This document shows, piece by piece, positions 45,071 through 54,511 of a DNA stretch of 54,511 nucleotides. How positions within the stretch are numbered: position 1 is the stretch's first letter; the number at the start of each line of letters is the position of its first letter. The notes below the pieces were generated by a model, which was given only the letters and a program-made list of their open reading frames with translations, was not told the DNA's origin and made no database searches. Source of the DNA: a virus (Duplodnaviria > Caudoviricetes); the IMG/VR virus record IMGVR_UViG_3300042475_000999, positions 1-54,511 of that record; one strand, 5' to 3'. Made by a program: the position numbers and the translations under genes.

Positions 45071-45226
45071 ATGCGTTGGCTGTTGATGCTCTTTTTGGTG
45101 TTTCTACCGGGAGCCGCCAGCCAAGACAGGAAGACTGAATATCGCTGTGTGCGGTGGGCATGGACGGGTGATGTTTATAACCGCAAAGTTGTTTGCCTAC
45201 AGTGGGAAAAGGTTGTACGGAAATGA
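45071..45226 (+). CDS. 51-aa protein with signal-peptide-like N-terminus (not in ORF track)
   Basis: MRWLLMLFLVFLPGAASQDRKTEYRCVRWAWTGDVYNRKVVCLQWEKVVRK; ATGA overlap with the next gene. Confidence 0.6.
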   Translation: MRWLLMLFLVFLPGAASQDRKTEYRCVRWAWTGDVYNRKVVCLQWEKVVRK

Positions 45227-45717
45227 TTGATCCGATCACGGCGCTAGAAGGATTGCAAACTGCAATCAGTGTCGTTAAAAAAGCTAGTAAAGTCGCTAGT
45301 GATCTGGCAGGTCTAACTCCGTCAATAGCCAAGCTTTTTGATGCAAAGAGCACCGCTACAAAAGCCATGCTTCATGCCAAGCGTACAGGGGGTAAGTCTA
45401 ACCTTGGTGCGGCCCTGCAAATTGAGATGGCTTTGGATGAAGCCAAGCGGTTTGAAGAGCAGTTAAAGATGCTTTTTATGCAAGCTGGGCGCATAGATGT
45501 ATGGAATGCAACCAAAGCCCGTCAAGCTGAAATGGACAGGGATGATGCCAAAGAGATGGCGGCCTTACACGCTGAAGAAAAAAGGCGCAAAGAGGCTGAA
45601 GCCGAACAGATGCAATGGGCGGCTGCCATTGTTATTATTGTGATGTTTATTGGTGCTGTTGGTTGGGGTATTAATGAAGTCTCTGATCTGTGTGCTAGAT
45701 CAAGGTGTGGTCGGTGA
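45223..45717 (+). CDS. Coiled-coil protein with C-terminal TM helix (lysis region)
   Basis: Start set at MIDPITAL; C-terminal WAAAIVIIVMFIGAVGW. Confidence 0.7.
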   Translation: MIDPITALEGLQTAISVVKKASKVASDLAGLTPSIAKLFDAKSTATKAMLHAKRTGGKSNLGAALQIEMALDEAKRFEEQLKMLFMQAGRIDVWNATKARQAEMDRDDAKEMAALHAEEKRRKEAEAEQMQWAAAIVIIVMFIGAVGWGINEVSDLCARSRCGR

Positions 45718-45863
45718 ATGAGTACCAAAAGCAATTTGACCTTTTCCTTAAAGTCTTTGTGCGGTTATGCATTGCATGGTGGGTGCTTGGACTGCTTCGG
45801 TTTCTGCCAGATGAGTTGGCGGGAAAGATTGTCGATAAACTACTTGGAATGATTGGACTGTAA
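45714..45863 (+). CDS. 49-aa membrane peptide (not in ORF track)
   Basis: GTG start overlapping the upstream TGA; FLKVFVRLCIAWWVLGLLRFLP; TAATG overlap with the holin. Confidence 0.55.
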   Translation: MNEYQKQFDLFLKVFVRLCIAWWVLGLLRFLPDELAGKIVDKLLGMIGL

Positions 45864-46366
45864 TGCTATCTCTATTCTCAACACTTGGCGGTTTGCTCAT
45901 ATCGGGCTTACCCAAACTACTGGACTTCTTCCAAAACAAGGCAGACCAAAAGCATGAATTGGCTCTTGCCCGTGTCCAAGTAGAACTACAGCTACAGATG
46001 ATGGCGCAAGGCTTTGCGGCTCAAGAGCGTATGGAAGAGATCAGAACTGATCAGATCGCCATGCAGACAGACGCAGAGATGACTGTTGCCGCCTATGACC
46101 ACGACAAGAAGATCATGGAAGAAGCCAGCCGCTGGGTGGTCAACTTTGTAGGCACTGTGCGCCCGATGGTCACTTACATCTTTGTGCTTGAACTATGCGC
46201 TATTAATGCTTGGATTGCCTATTACGTCTACAGCAACCCACGGCTTGTACTGAGTATGGAAGACTTGATTCGTGTTTCTGACATTATCTTCTCCACAGAT
46301 GAGATGGCCATGCTTGGGGGCATCATTGGTTTCTGGTTTGGCTCACGTAGCTGGAGCAAGAAATGA
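45863..46366 (+). CDS. Putative holin (3TM GTA-holin-like)
   Basis: DQKHEL, SRWV....VRPMVTY, IIGFWFGSR; directly upstream of the endolysin. Confidence 0.7.
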   Translation: MLSLFSTLGGLLISGLPKLLDFFQNKADQKHELALARVQVELQLQMMAQGFAAQERMEEIRTDQIAMQTDAEMTVAAYDHDKKIMEEASRWVVNFVGTVRPMVTYIFVLELCAINAWIAYYVYSNPRLVLSMEDLIRVSDIIFSTDEMAMLGGIIGFWFGSRSWSKK

Positions 46367-46869
46367 AATTAAGTGAGGCTGGTGCTACTTTAATGCATCA
46401 ATATGAAGGGTACAGAACTAAGCCGTACCTTTGCCCAGCCCATATTTGGACGATTGGTTACGGCCATGTGCTGTACCAAGATCAAATCCGCTTGCCTGTC
46501 GTCAGGGTAGAAGGAAAAAATACAGCAATGATTCGTAAAGAAATGCCACTGAAACCGGAGGACAATCGTGTCTGGACTAAAGAAGAGATCGAGAAACTAT
46601 TCGCAGATGACGTCGCTAGTTTTGAACGTGGTGTTCTTAGACTTGCTCCCGTTGTACTTGATCGTCAAGGGGCTTTCGATGCGTGCGTCAGTTTTTCCTT
46701 TAACGCTGGATTGGGCAATTTTCAGCGGTCTACTATTAGGATGAAAACTAATAGACGTGAATGGGAAGCTGCAGCAGACGCTTTTATGCAATGGACAAGA
46801 GGCGGTGGCAAGGAATTGCCGGGTCTTGTTAAGCGTAGAAAAGCCGAAAAGGCATTGTTTTTATCATGA
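46363..46869 (+). CDS. Endolysin, GH24 lysozyme
   Basis: YEG....Y.CPAHIWTIGYGH (E-x8-C-x5-T triad), FDA.VSF.FN.G, GLVKRRKAE. Confidence 0.92.
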   Translation: MKLSEAGATLMHQYEGYRTKPYLCPAHIWTIGYGHVLYQDQIRLPVVRVEGKNTAMIRKEMPLKPEDNRVWTKEEIEKLFADDVASFERGVLRLAPVVLDRQGAFDACVSFSFNAGLGNFQRSTIRMKTNRREWEAAADAFMQWTRGGGKELPGLVKRRKAEKALFLS

Positions 46870-46904
46870 AAATTCTATATCTTTATTTTTAAGAGGTGAT
46901 TAAA

Positions 46905-47075
46905 ATGGCATCAAGTAAGCCTGTTTGGGAAAAACAACGGCCAAAATCTTTAGGTAAGCCTAAGCCTCTTACGCCGCAGAAAAAGTCTGCAGCAAAAGCA
47001 AGAGCCAAAGCAGCAGGCCGACCCTACCCTAATTTGGTTGACAATATGGCTATGGCTAGGAAGCGGAGCAAGTAA
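46905..47075 (+). CDS. 56-aa basic protein (not in ORF track)
   Basis: MASSKPVWEK...AKARAKAAGRPYPNLVDNM...; GAGGT SD. Confidence 0.7.
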   Translation: MASSKPVWEKQRPKSLGKPKPLTPQKKSAAKARAKAAGRPYPNLVDNMAMARKRSK

Positions 47076-47077
47076 GC

Positions 47078-47713
47078 ATGGCAACTGCCGCAGTAATGAC
47101 CTACGACTCCCTAGTGGAGAACATCCAGTCTTATCTGGAGCGTACTGACGCCGCCACCATTGCGAAGATTCCGCTCTTCATTATGTTGGCGGAGCAGATC
47201 ATTGCTAGCCAGATTAAGTTCCTTGGTAACTTAACGGTCAACACAAGCACAATGGTATTAGGCAATGGCGTCATTGCCAAGCCCGCACGTTGGCATAAGA
47301 CTGTTTCCATGAACGTAACGGTAAGCGGTGAACGTCAGCCTGTGCTGCTTCGTAAATATGAGTACCTTCGCAATTATTGGCCAGATTCAACTGCCACCGA
47401 TGTGCCTTTGTATTATTGCGACTATGACTACTCCAATTGGTTGATAGCGCCAACGCCAAATGCAAACTACGCGTTTGAGGTACTCTATTATGAACGAGTA
47501 CAGCCTCTGGATTCATCAAACCAAACCAATTGGTTTACTATTTACGCGCCACAAGCTTTGCTCTACGGGTCCCTCATGCAGGCCATGCCGTTCCTTAAGA
47601 ACGATGAGCGTATGCCAATGTGGCAGCAAAATTACGATTTGATCATGCAAACATTGATGGCTGAAGATAAGCTTCGCATTGCTGATCGTCAAGCCGTAGC
47701 GGTGGATTCATGA
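47078..47713 (+). CDS. Tail adaptor/tubular protein A-like
   Basis: MTYDSL...I..YL.R, FI.LAE, APTP...Y, TNW....P.ALLYGSL..A.PFLKND. Confidence 0.75.
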   Translation: MATAAVMTYDSLVENIQSYLERTDAATIAKIPLFIMLAEQIIASQIKFLGNLTVNTSTMVLGNGVIAKPARWHKTVSMNVTVSGERQPVLLRKYEYLRNYWPDSTATDVPLYYCDYDYSNWLIAPTPNANYAFEVLYYERVQPLDSSNQTNWFTIYAPQALLYGSLMQAMPFLKNDERMPMWQQNYDLIMQTLMAEDKLRIADRQAVAVDS

Positions 47714-48945
47714 GCTATGTAAGCCCATTCACCGGTGATGTTATCCAGCCAACGGATGTTAGCTTTCGCGCCGTCACGCTAGCTGCCAACACGCAACTAA
47801 ACTGGCCTTCCAACAGCACGACCAACGCTGACTACGCTGCTCGTATTATGCAGGTGACTGCAAGTACTGCGGGTTTAAGCATGTACATGCCGCCTGCGGA
47901 TCAAACATCTGTTGGCAATGACGCGTTAATTCGCAACATTGGCGCCAATACTTTCACCGTTAAGGATTATGCAGGCACAAATACCATCGTCTCAGTGTCT
48001 GCTGGAGAATCCAAGTATATCTATATAACAACTAATTCAACCAGTCAAGGCACTTGGGGTGTAATTGCCTTTGGTGTTGGAACATCTGGTGCTGATGCGG
48101 CTACTTTGGCAGGTTATGGATTAGTTGCAAGTGGCGCAACACTGAATCAAAGCCATCCGTCAGCAGCAATTACGACAGGCACTACATTTGCAGCTGCAGA
48201 TAGAGCACAAACCAGAGTATGGAGTGGCGGTGCAGGAACTGCAACACTACCGGCCGCAGCTACACTAGGTAATAACTGGTTTACACTGTTTAAGAATAAC
48301 GGCACAGGGTCATTCACAATCTCTTGCACCGGTGCTGAGTTGATTGATGGCAATAGCACTAAGACATTTAATCCAACCGAGTCTGCGTTTATTGTTTGCA
48401 CAGGCACAGCTTATGTCACCATTGGCTATGGCGTAAGTACATCTTTCGTGTTTACCGCTTTAACTAAGAGTGTTACCGGTGGCGCGGTTTTGCTAACCAA
48501 TAACGAGGCGGCAAATAACATTCAGGAGTATGTTGGCAGTCTAGTCAGCAATGTAACCGTAACATTCCCGCCTATTGTTAATTTGTATGTTATTTCAAAC
48601 CAAACAACAGACAACGGCTTTGGTCTTACTGTTACTACAGGGTTAGGCTTTTCAGCAACTATTCCACCGGGACAGCAAGCTACACTGATTTGTGATGGCG
48701 TTAACTTTTTAAATGCCAATACAACACAAGCCGGCGCGTCAACCGTAAGTTTATTGGATGGCAGCGTAGGCACTCCCTCACTTAACTTTGCTGCAGAAAC
48801 AAGCACTGGTGTATACCGACCTGCAGCAGGTGAGTTTGGAATTTCAGTGCTTGGCACACAAAGGCTTAAAGCAACTGCTACAGGCGTAACGGTTACAGGC
48901 TCTGGTGTATTTACCACCGGCATTGCTGGAGGCACCTTTACATGA
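47710..48945 (+). CDS. Tail structural/fibre-like protein
   Basis: Beta-rich repeats (TLPAAATLGNNW, IDGNS), DGSVGTPSL.F..ETSTG.Y, C-terminal GIAGGTF. Confidence 0.65.
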   Translation: MSYVSPFTGDVIQPTDVSFRAVTLAANTQLNWPSNSTTNADYAARIMQVTASTAGLSMYMPPADQTSVGNDALIRNIGANTFTVKDYAGTNTIVSVSAGESKYIYITTNSTSQGTWGVIAFGVGTSGADAATLAGYGLVASGATLNQSHPSAAITTGTTFAAADRAQTRVWSGGAGTATLPAAATLGNNWFTLFKNNGTGSFTISCTGAELIDGNSTKTFNPTESAFIVCTGTAYVTIGYGVSTSFVFTALTKSVTGGAVLLTNNEAANNIQEYVGSLVSNVTVTFPPIVNLYVISNQTTDNGFGLTVTTGLGFSATIPPGQQATLICDGVNFLNANTTQAGASTVSLLDGSVGTPSLNFAAETSTGVYRPAAGEFGISVLGTQRLKATATGVTVTGSGVFTTGIAGGTFT

Positions 48946-50930
48946 CTAAAAAGGTTTTTGCCTTAGATACAAAGCCTGGAATTCAGCGTGACGGCACTAC
49001 TTTTGATGCCGACGCTTATACTGACGGCCGCTGGGTAAGGTTTCAGCGCGGTCGCCCACGTAAGATGGGTGGTTACAGAGAGATTGTAAATGACTTGGCA
49101 GGCCCAAGTCGTGGCATTTATTTGAACCCGCAACAAAGCTTTAACAACGTTTTTAATGGCTATTCAGGCGGGTTGCAAGTGCTGCCAATTAGCAATAGTG
49201 GTATTGGCTCAGGCATTACTGATATGACTTTGACAGGGTTTACGGCCAACGCCAATAACCTTTGGCAATTTGATGCATTTTTTGATGGCACGGGATCGGG
49301 CAATAACTTATTACTTGCACACCCAGGGCAAAACCTTACGCTGATTGACAATAATACTAATACACCTGTTCTTGGCGGGTCAATTACAGGCACAAGTTTG
49401 TCGCCTATTGGTGTATTTACAGCAGTTGCTGCCACTATTACTAGTGGATCAGCCTCTATTACAATGTCTGCTGTCAATACGCAAATTGGAGCAGGTCAGT
49501 TGGTAACAGGCACAGGCATACCGGCTGGCGCTACTGTAGTATCGATTGCATCCACCACGTTAATTATTTCAGCACCTGCAACAGCCAACGGCTCTAGCAT
49601 TACGCTGACATTTGACAATCAAGTCTCAGTGTCTGGTGGTGTAGTTACTTTGCACCCTTACGTGTTTGTTTATGGCAATGATGGCCTAATTAAGAACTGC
49701 TCGGCTGGAAATGTAAATGATTGGGTATCTGCTGATGCCAACGAGGTCTCAGTGGCCACCGGCAAGATTGTCCAAGGATTACCTGTACGTGGTGGATCAA
49801 ATGCACCATCGGGCCTCTTTTGGAGCTTGGATTCTTTAATTCGAGTATCTTATATTGGCGGCGCAGGCACGCCTCCACAGTTTTGGCGGTATGACTTAAT
49901 CTCTAGCCAGTCATCTATTCTTTCAAGCCAGTCGGTGATTGAGTACGACGGCGTGTATTACTGGTGCGGCGTTGATAGGTTCTTGCTTTATAACGGTGTT
50001 GTAAAAGAGATTCCTAATAACTTTAATCAAAATTACTTTTTTGACAACTTAAACTACGCTCAACGCGAAAAAGTTTGGGTAACTAAAGTTCCACGTTTTG
50101 GTGAGATCTGGTGGTTTTACCCATCAGGCAATGCCACAGAATGCAATAACGCTGTTATCTACAACACACGTGAAAACGTATGGTATGACGCAGGTTTTGC
50201 TGTAGGGGCACAGCGATCTGCAGGCTTCTTCTCTCAAATCTTCCAGTTTCCAGTTTCATCTGACTGGAACGTCAATGCAACCGGCGGTATCTTAACTGCC
50301 ACTATTACCAATGCAGGATCTGGTTATACCAATGGTACGTATAACAACACGCCACTAACAGGTGGCGCCGGTACTGGTGCTACGGCTAATATTACTGTGG
50401 CTGGCAACGTTGTTACATCAGTTGTGATTAACGGGCATGGAATTAACTACGCGGTTGGTAATACTTTATCTGCAGTGATTGCAGGTGGAGCAGGCTTTGT
50501 TTTAACAGTTAACACACTAATGAGCTTTGTGTCGTTGTACCAAAATGAGATTGGCACTGATAAAGTTAGTGGGGCGCTTTCCACAGCCATTGAGTCATAC
50601 TTTGAAACTAGTGATCTAGGATTGGTTGCAGGCGGGCCTTCGCAGCCTAGTCCTATTGGTGAGAATAGATGGTTAAGACTAGAGCGTGTAGAGCCTGACT
50701 TTATTCAATCTGGTGACATGGATCTATATATTACAGGTCGACCATTTGCGCAGATTGCTGATGAGACAACAGGCCCCTATACGTTTGGACCTAGCACAGG
50801 TAAGATTGACATGCGTGAGCAACGTCGTGAGTTGCGATTAAAGTTTGTATCCAATGTGGCAGGTGGTAACTACCAAGTAGGCAAGGTCTTATTGGATGCT
50901 GATGTTGGAGATTCAAGACCTTATGGCTAA
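48942..50930 (+). CDS. Tail nozzle/stabilisation protein (P22 gp10 / tubular B-like) with inserted fibre-like domains
   Basis: KPGIQRDGT, WVRF.RGRP.KMGG, YWCG..RF..YNG.V, FGEIWWFYP..C...VIYN..EN.W. Confidence 0.75.
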   Translation: MTKKVFALDTKPGIQRDGTTFDADAYTDGRWVRFQRGRPRKMGGYREIVNDLAGPSRGIYLNPQQSFNNVFNGYSGGLQVLPISNSGIGSGITDMTLTGFTANANNLWQFDAFFDGTGSGNNLLLAHPGQNLTLIDNNTNTPVLGGSITGTSLSPIGVFTAVAATITSGSASITMSAVNTQIGAGQLVTGTGIPAGATVVSIASTTLIISAPATANGSSITLTFDNQVSVSGGVVTLHPYVFVYGNDGLIKNCSAGNVNDWVSADANEVSVATGKIVQGLPVRGGSNAPSGLFWSLDSLIRVSYIGGAGTPPQFWRYDLISSQSSILSSQSVIEYDGVYYWCGVDRFLLYNGVVKEIPNNFNQNYFFDNLNYAQREKVWVTKVPRFGEIWWFYPSGNATECNNAVIYNTRENVWYDAGFAVGAQRSAGFFSQIFQFPVSSDWNVNATGGILTATITNAGSGYTNGTYNNTPLTGGAGTGATANITVAGNVVTSVVINGHGINYAVGNTLSAVIAGGAGFVLTVNTLMSFVSLYQNEIGTDKVSGALSTAIESYFETSDLGLVAGGPSQPSPIGENRWLRLERVEPDFIQSGDMDLYITGRPFAQIADETTGPYTFGPSTGKIDMREQRRELRLKFVSNVAGGNYQVGKVLLDADVGDSRPYG

Positions 50931-51183
50931 TCTACTTAACGTTGCACAGGTTTATGACCCTAGGTATCACACCTTTGAGTCATGGGCTTGCCTTATGGTT
51001 GAGTTATACTCGGCACAACAGCTATCAATTCCAGATGCTAATACTGACTGGAAAGAGTGGGGTGCAGGCTTGAAAGCTATCGATGTGTTTAGCAATGAAG
51101 GTATCCCCGGACCGTATCAATATGATGATTGGCAAGAGTGGGCTGAGCAGCTTGTCAACGCAGTTAACCCAGCAACGAGCTAA
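50923..51183 (+). CDS. Small Trp-rich hypothetical virion-region protein
   Basis: Start set at MANLLNV overlapping the nozzle stop; DPR..TF..W, W.EW repeats. Confidence 0.65.
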   Translation: MANLLNVAQVYDPRYHTFESWACLMVELYSAQQLSIPDANTDWKEWGAGLKAIDVFSNEGIPGPYQYDDWQEWAEQLVNAVNPATS

Positions 51184-51185
51184 AT

Positions 51186-54100
51186 ATGGCACGATTTTCA
51201 GACGAACAAATTGCGGACTTTGTTGCAGCAAACATAGGCAATCCTGAAGCAATTGCCTCAGCTGCTGCCACGTATGGCATTTCAGTTGCGGATATTTCAC
51301 GTGCAACTGGTTACGCGCCTAGCGCCGTTAACACATACTTTGAAACTGCAAGTGTGGCACCGCCTACACCTGTTTACACCCCACCACCAGCACCAGCCCC
51401 AGCATACGTTCCGCCGCCAACAACTGTTAGAGCTTCTGCGCCTACTAGTGGTCGTGTATTAGAAGATACAGACGAAGCTTCAATTGAGCAGCAAGTTGCA
51501 GCCGCACCAGTTTTGCACTCATACTCACAAGTAGACCCAAATAATCCTGCAATTGTTAGGCAAATTTCGTATTCAACTGGTGAAGTTTTAGGCACTCACA
51601 TATTAGCTGGTGGCGGCGATCAAGGGTTAGCCAAAGCTGCAATGCCAGTTATTGGCATGGCGTTGAACATCATTGCCCCTGGCGCTGGCGCAATTATTGG
51701 AAACGCGTTAGGCGTGTCGGCAACTACAGGCGCTGCTATTTTGCAAGCGGGTTTAAATGTTGCAGGTGGTGCCTCGGTTGAAGATGCCATTAAAGGCGTA
51801 GCGCTTTCTCAAGTTGGCGGGGCAGCCACAAGCGCTTTAAATTCTGCAATAGGCCCTATTTCAAGCAACCCACTTGTTAACAACATTGTTAGCAACGTTG
51901 CTTCCAGTGTAGTTAATAGCGTCGTAACAAATCAGCCTATAACTAATTTGGCAACCACAGTTCTTGGCACAGTTGTTAACACTACAGTTACTGCTGAGAC
52001 AGGTAATAGCGCAATTGGCGCAGCTGCGGCAACTTTAGTTACAACAGGCGGAAACACCACTGCTGCGTTTAATACGCTTGTTAATTCTGCAGCAGGCTCA
52101 TTTAAAGCTACAGACGCAGCCAATATAATTAACCAACTGCAAAACTCAACTGCTGTAACAACAGGCACAGAAGTAGCAGCAACAGTTGCAGATGCAGCAG
52201 GTTCAACAACAGGCACAACAGGTACTGGCGCGCTTAGTACAGTGGGTACTGGTACCGGCGGATCGTTTGATGACTTTAATCTTACCGACAATTCCACTGT
52301 AGATACAACAGTTGCAGATACCACAGGCACTACAGTTGCAGATACCACAGCAACAACTACTACAGGCACAGGTACGCCTAGCGTCTTAGCAAGTGTCAAC
52401 AATAACGTAGTATCTGATGCCGGAAACGGCGTAACACTAACCGGTGTTGATGCTAATACACAAGCAACTCTTGACGCTATTCAGAATGTTAATAACATTG
52501 GTACAGGCACAGGCGCTCTCAGCACAGTAGGCACCGGTACAACGGTTGCAGATACAAGTGGCGCAGGTACAACAGTTGCAGATACATCAGGCACAGGCGC
52601 CCTTGGCACAGTTACTACCCCTGTTGTTGATACTAATACATACGTTGATACTGAGTTTGGCGATTTGCAAGGCGCAATAGATCGAAACGCCGCAACAACT
52701 ACTAAACCACTAACGTTTAATGAGGCTTTTGCTGCTAACCGCTTAGCGTTCGGCCCTAACGCCACCTTTGAGTGGAACGGGAAGTTATATAATACTGGCA
52801 CTGCAGCTGAGGCCGCTGCGGCAGCTGATGCTAAGATTAACGCGTTAAACAAGACTAACTTGTCTACAGTAACAAACGCATCGCAAACAGTTGCTGCGCA
52901 AAATGATACCGCTGCGAGAGATGCAGGTACAAGCAATCAAAGCGATGCAGAAACTAGAAGACTTACTGCACTAAATAACACTTTAGTCTTAGGCAACGCG
53001 CCAAATGAGTCAAACGCTGAAACACAAAGGCTAATGGAGTCCGGTCAGCGATCGGCAGCAGACAATTTAAGCGCCATGGGTGCACAAGCACTAGGCACTA
53101 CCATTAGAGGCGCAGGCAGTTTAATTACCAACATTGGCAATACATACGCGCAACTAACTGGTGATTTTGACTATAGTAATACTGCCACAAAAATCGGACA
53201 AGAGCTTGCCGAGCTTGCACAAAGCAAAGATGGTTATGGCATTGATGTGCAAAAAAATCGGATTATGCAAGCAGTAAAGCAATCAGAGTCTGCTGATTTT
53301 TGGGATAAGCCTAAGATTATTGGCGCAGCAATTATTAAGAACCCTATTGGCTTCTTTGATATTGCGGGCACAGAAGCTGTTGAAGAACTTCCTGAAACTG
53401 CAATTCAAATTGGCGCCGCATTAATGACAGGTGGTGGTTCTTTAGCTCTTAGTAGCGCAAGACTAATCCAAGGTACTGCAAGCGTTGTTGGTTCCTTCAT
53501 GGAAGTCTTTGGCTCATCAGGCAAAGAAACGTATCAAAAGTCAATTGCGCAAGGCGACAGTAAACAAGTTGCGCAAGATAAGTCATACATTAGTGCTGGC
53601 TTAAACGCATTGGCGGAAATGGGGCCTGACTTTATTGCTGATAAAGCACTTGTTGCGCCTTTAATGAAGAGCTTGGTTGATAAGACGCTTACATCCGTCG
53701 GTGCAGGTTATGCAACCAATACTGCAGCAGGTATATTGTCTAACTTTGTTGCAGGTGCAGCGCAAAACTACATTACTGCTTACACGGTAAACCCCAATAC
53801 TGCAAACTGGAGTACGGCTTTATCTAATGGCGTGTTTGAAAGCTTTATTGGCGGCACAGTACAAACAGCAATGTCCACACCCGGCACTGTCATTGATACC
53901 GGTGCAGTAATTGGTAGAGATTATTCAGGCAACCCTGTTACTGTTCAGCAAGTTTTAGATGGCAATAGCAATATTGATCTATCCACTGTAGATTCTAGCA
54001 CGCCTATTGCAACATCAAGTAATGGCGATAGCGTCACGGTCGGCGCCTCCATGCTTTATGGCGATTCTGTAGGCTTAGGCAGTGATGTTACAGGCAGCAT

Positions 54101-54511
54101 TTTGCCTAGCAACTTAACCGGTACAGGCAATGTTGTAGCAACAAGTGCAGACGGCACTGATCTTACATTTGAACAAGTATTCTCAGGCGAAACTACTAGT
54201 GAGCAAGATACAAGCTTAACAAACTATGTCAATAGTGTTTTAGGCCCTGCAAAAATTGAGCCTACTTTTGGTACAGGATCGCTTATAGGTACTACACCAA
54301 CTGGTGCGCTTACAACAACACCAGTAAGTACAACGTCTACAACCACAGGTGCGCTTTCTACAACACCCGCAAGTACAACACCAGTAAGTACGACACCAGT
54401 AAGTACGACACCAGTAAGTACGACACCTGCAACTACAGGCGCGCTTACTACAACACCTGCTGTTACGACTACGCCTAATGGCGCAGTAATAACAAATCCT
54501 TTGTCAACGGT
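51186..54511 (+). CDS. Giant T/A/G-rich virion protein, 3'-truncated (>1100 aa; not in ORF track)
   Basis: ATG at 51186 (MARFSDEQIADFVAANIGN...); read by hand with no stop found to the window end; glycine-zipper segments, TFNEAFAANR..F.WNGKLYNT motif, Thr-rich repeats. Confidence 0.8.
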   Translation, partial: MARFSDEQIADFVAANIGNPEAIASAAATYGISVADISRATGYAPSAVNTYFETASVAPPTPVYTPPPAPAPAYVPPPTTVRASAPTSGRVLEDTDEASIEQQVAAAPVLHSYSQVDPNNPAIVRQISYSTGEVLGTHILAGGGDQGLAKAAMPVIGMALNIIAPGAGAIIGNALGVSATTGAAILQAGLNVAGGASVEDAIKGVALSQVGGAATSALNSAIGPISSNPLVNNIVSNVASSVVNSVVTNQPITNLATTVLGTVVNTTVTAETGNSAIGAAAATLVTTGGNTTAAFNTLVNSAAGSFKATDAANIINQLQNSTAVTTGTEVAATVADAAGSTTGTTGTGALSTVGTGTGGSFDDFNLTDNSTVDTTVADTTGTTVADTTATTTTGTGTPSVLASVNNNVVSDAGNGVTLTGVDANTQATLDAIQNVNNIGTGTGALSTVGTGTTVADTSGAGTTVADTSGTGALGTVTTPVVDTNTYVDTEFGDLQGAIDRNAATTTKPLTFNEAFAANRLAFGPNATFEWNGKLYNTGTAAEAAAAADAKINALNKTNLSTVTNASQTVAAQNDTAARDAGTSNQSDAETRRLTALNNTLVLGNAPNESNAETQRLMESGQRSAADNLSAMGAQALGTTIRGAGSLITNIGNTYAQLTGDFDYSNTATKIGQELAELAQSKDGYGIDVQKNRIMQAVKQSESADFWDKPKIIGAAIIKNPIGFFDIAGTEAVEELPETAIQIGAALMTGGGSLALSSARLIQGTASVVGSFMEVFGSSGKETYQKSIAQGDSKQVAQDKSYISAGLNALAEMGPDFIADKALVAPLMKSLVDKTLTSVGAGYATNTAAGILSNFVAGAAQNYITAYTVNPNTANWSTALSNGVFESFIGGTVQTAMSTPGTVIDTGAVIGRDYSGNPVTVQQVLDGNSNIDLSTVDSSTPIATSSNGDSVTVGASMLYGDSVGLGSDVTGSILPSNLTGTGNVVATSADGTDLTFEQVFSGETTSEQDTSLTNYVNSVLGPAKIEPTFGTGSLIGTTPTGALTTTPVSTTSTTTGALSTTPASTTPVSTTPVSTTPVSTTPATTGALTTTPAVTTTPNGAVITNPLST
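54290..54475 (+). repeat. 15-bp tandem repeats encoding TTPVS and TTGALTT units
   Basis: acaccagtaagtacg repeated at about 54380-54425 with degenerate flanking copies. Confidence 0.85.

Noticed and set aside
1-54511. Integrase/repressor, RNA polymerase, tRNAs, introns/inteins, alternative genetic code
   Set aside because: None recognised by eye. Pol, TerL and helicase are uninterrupted and genes tile with standard stops. A tRNAscan/Infernal run would be needed to exclude small RNAs.

Overview
The window looks like a nearly complete genome of a tailed dsDNA phage with podovirus-type architecture. It has a terminase, P22-like portal, scaffold, major capsid protein, adaptor/nozzle, tail fibres and ejection proteins, with no recognisable tail tube, sheath or tape measure. 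The contig appears broken inside a 12-bp tandem repeat of one giant virion gene (51186..end, probably continuing at 1..1115). A leftward arm (4708-17505) holds early/replication genes: DUF932-like protein, pyrimidine-dimer glycosylase-like protein, MazG-like NTP pyrophosphatase, putative SSB, family A DNA polymerase, Cas4-like nuclease, VRR-NUC and SNF2-like helicase. It ends in a compact putative cytosine hypermodification cluster: GT-B glycosyltransferase, dNMP kinase fused to a degenerate UDG-fold domain, and a thymidylate-synthase homologue with the dCMP-type Asp. The rightward arm carries a primase-helicase, a candidate origin with nine GTTAC iterons, packaging/head genes (including GroES), a 1863-aa polyvalent-like protein between TerL and portal, tail genes and a lysis cassette. 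The most notable signals are the DNA modification cluster, an [YLM]-[AK]-x-G-G-x-[VI] peptide motif shared by five unrelated late proteins, a loop-E-containing RNA structure in the polymerase leader, and an 18-bp motif in front of four early genes. No integrase, RNA polymerase, tRNA or CRISPR array was seen. All calls come from manual motif reading, not database searches; host (possibly a freshwater proteobacterium) is only a guess.
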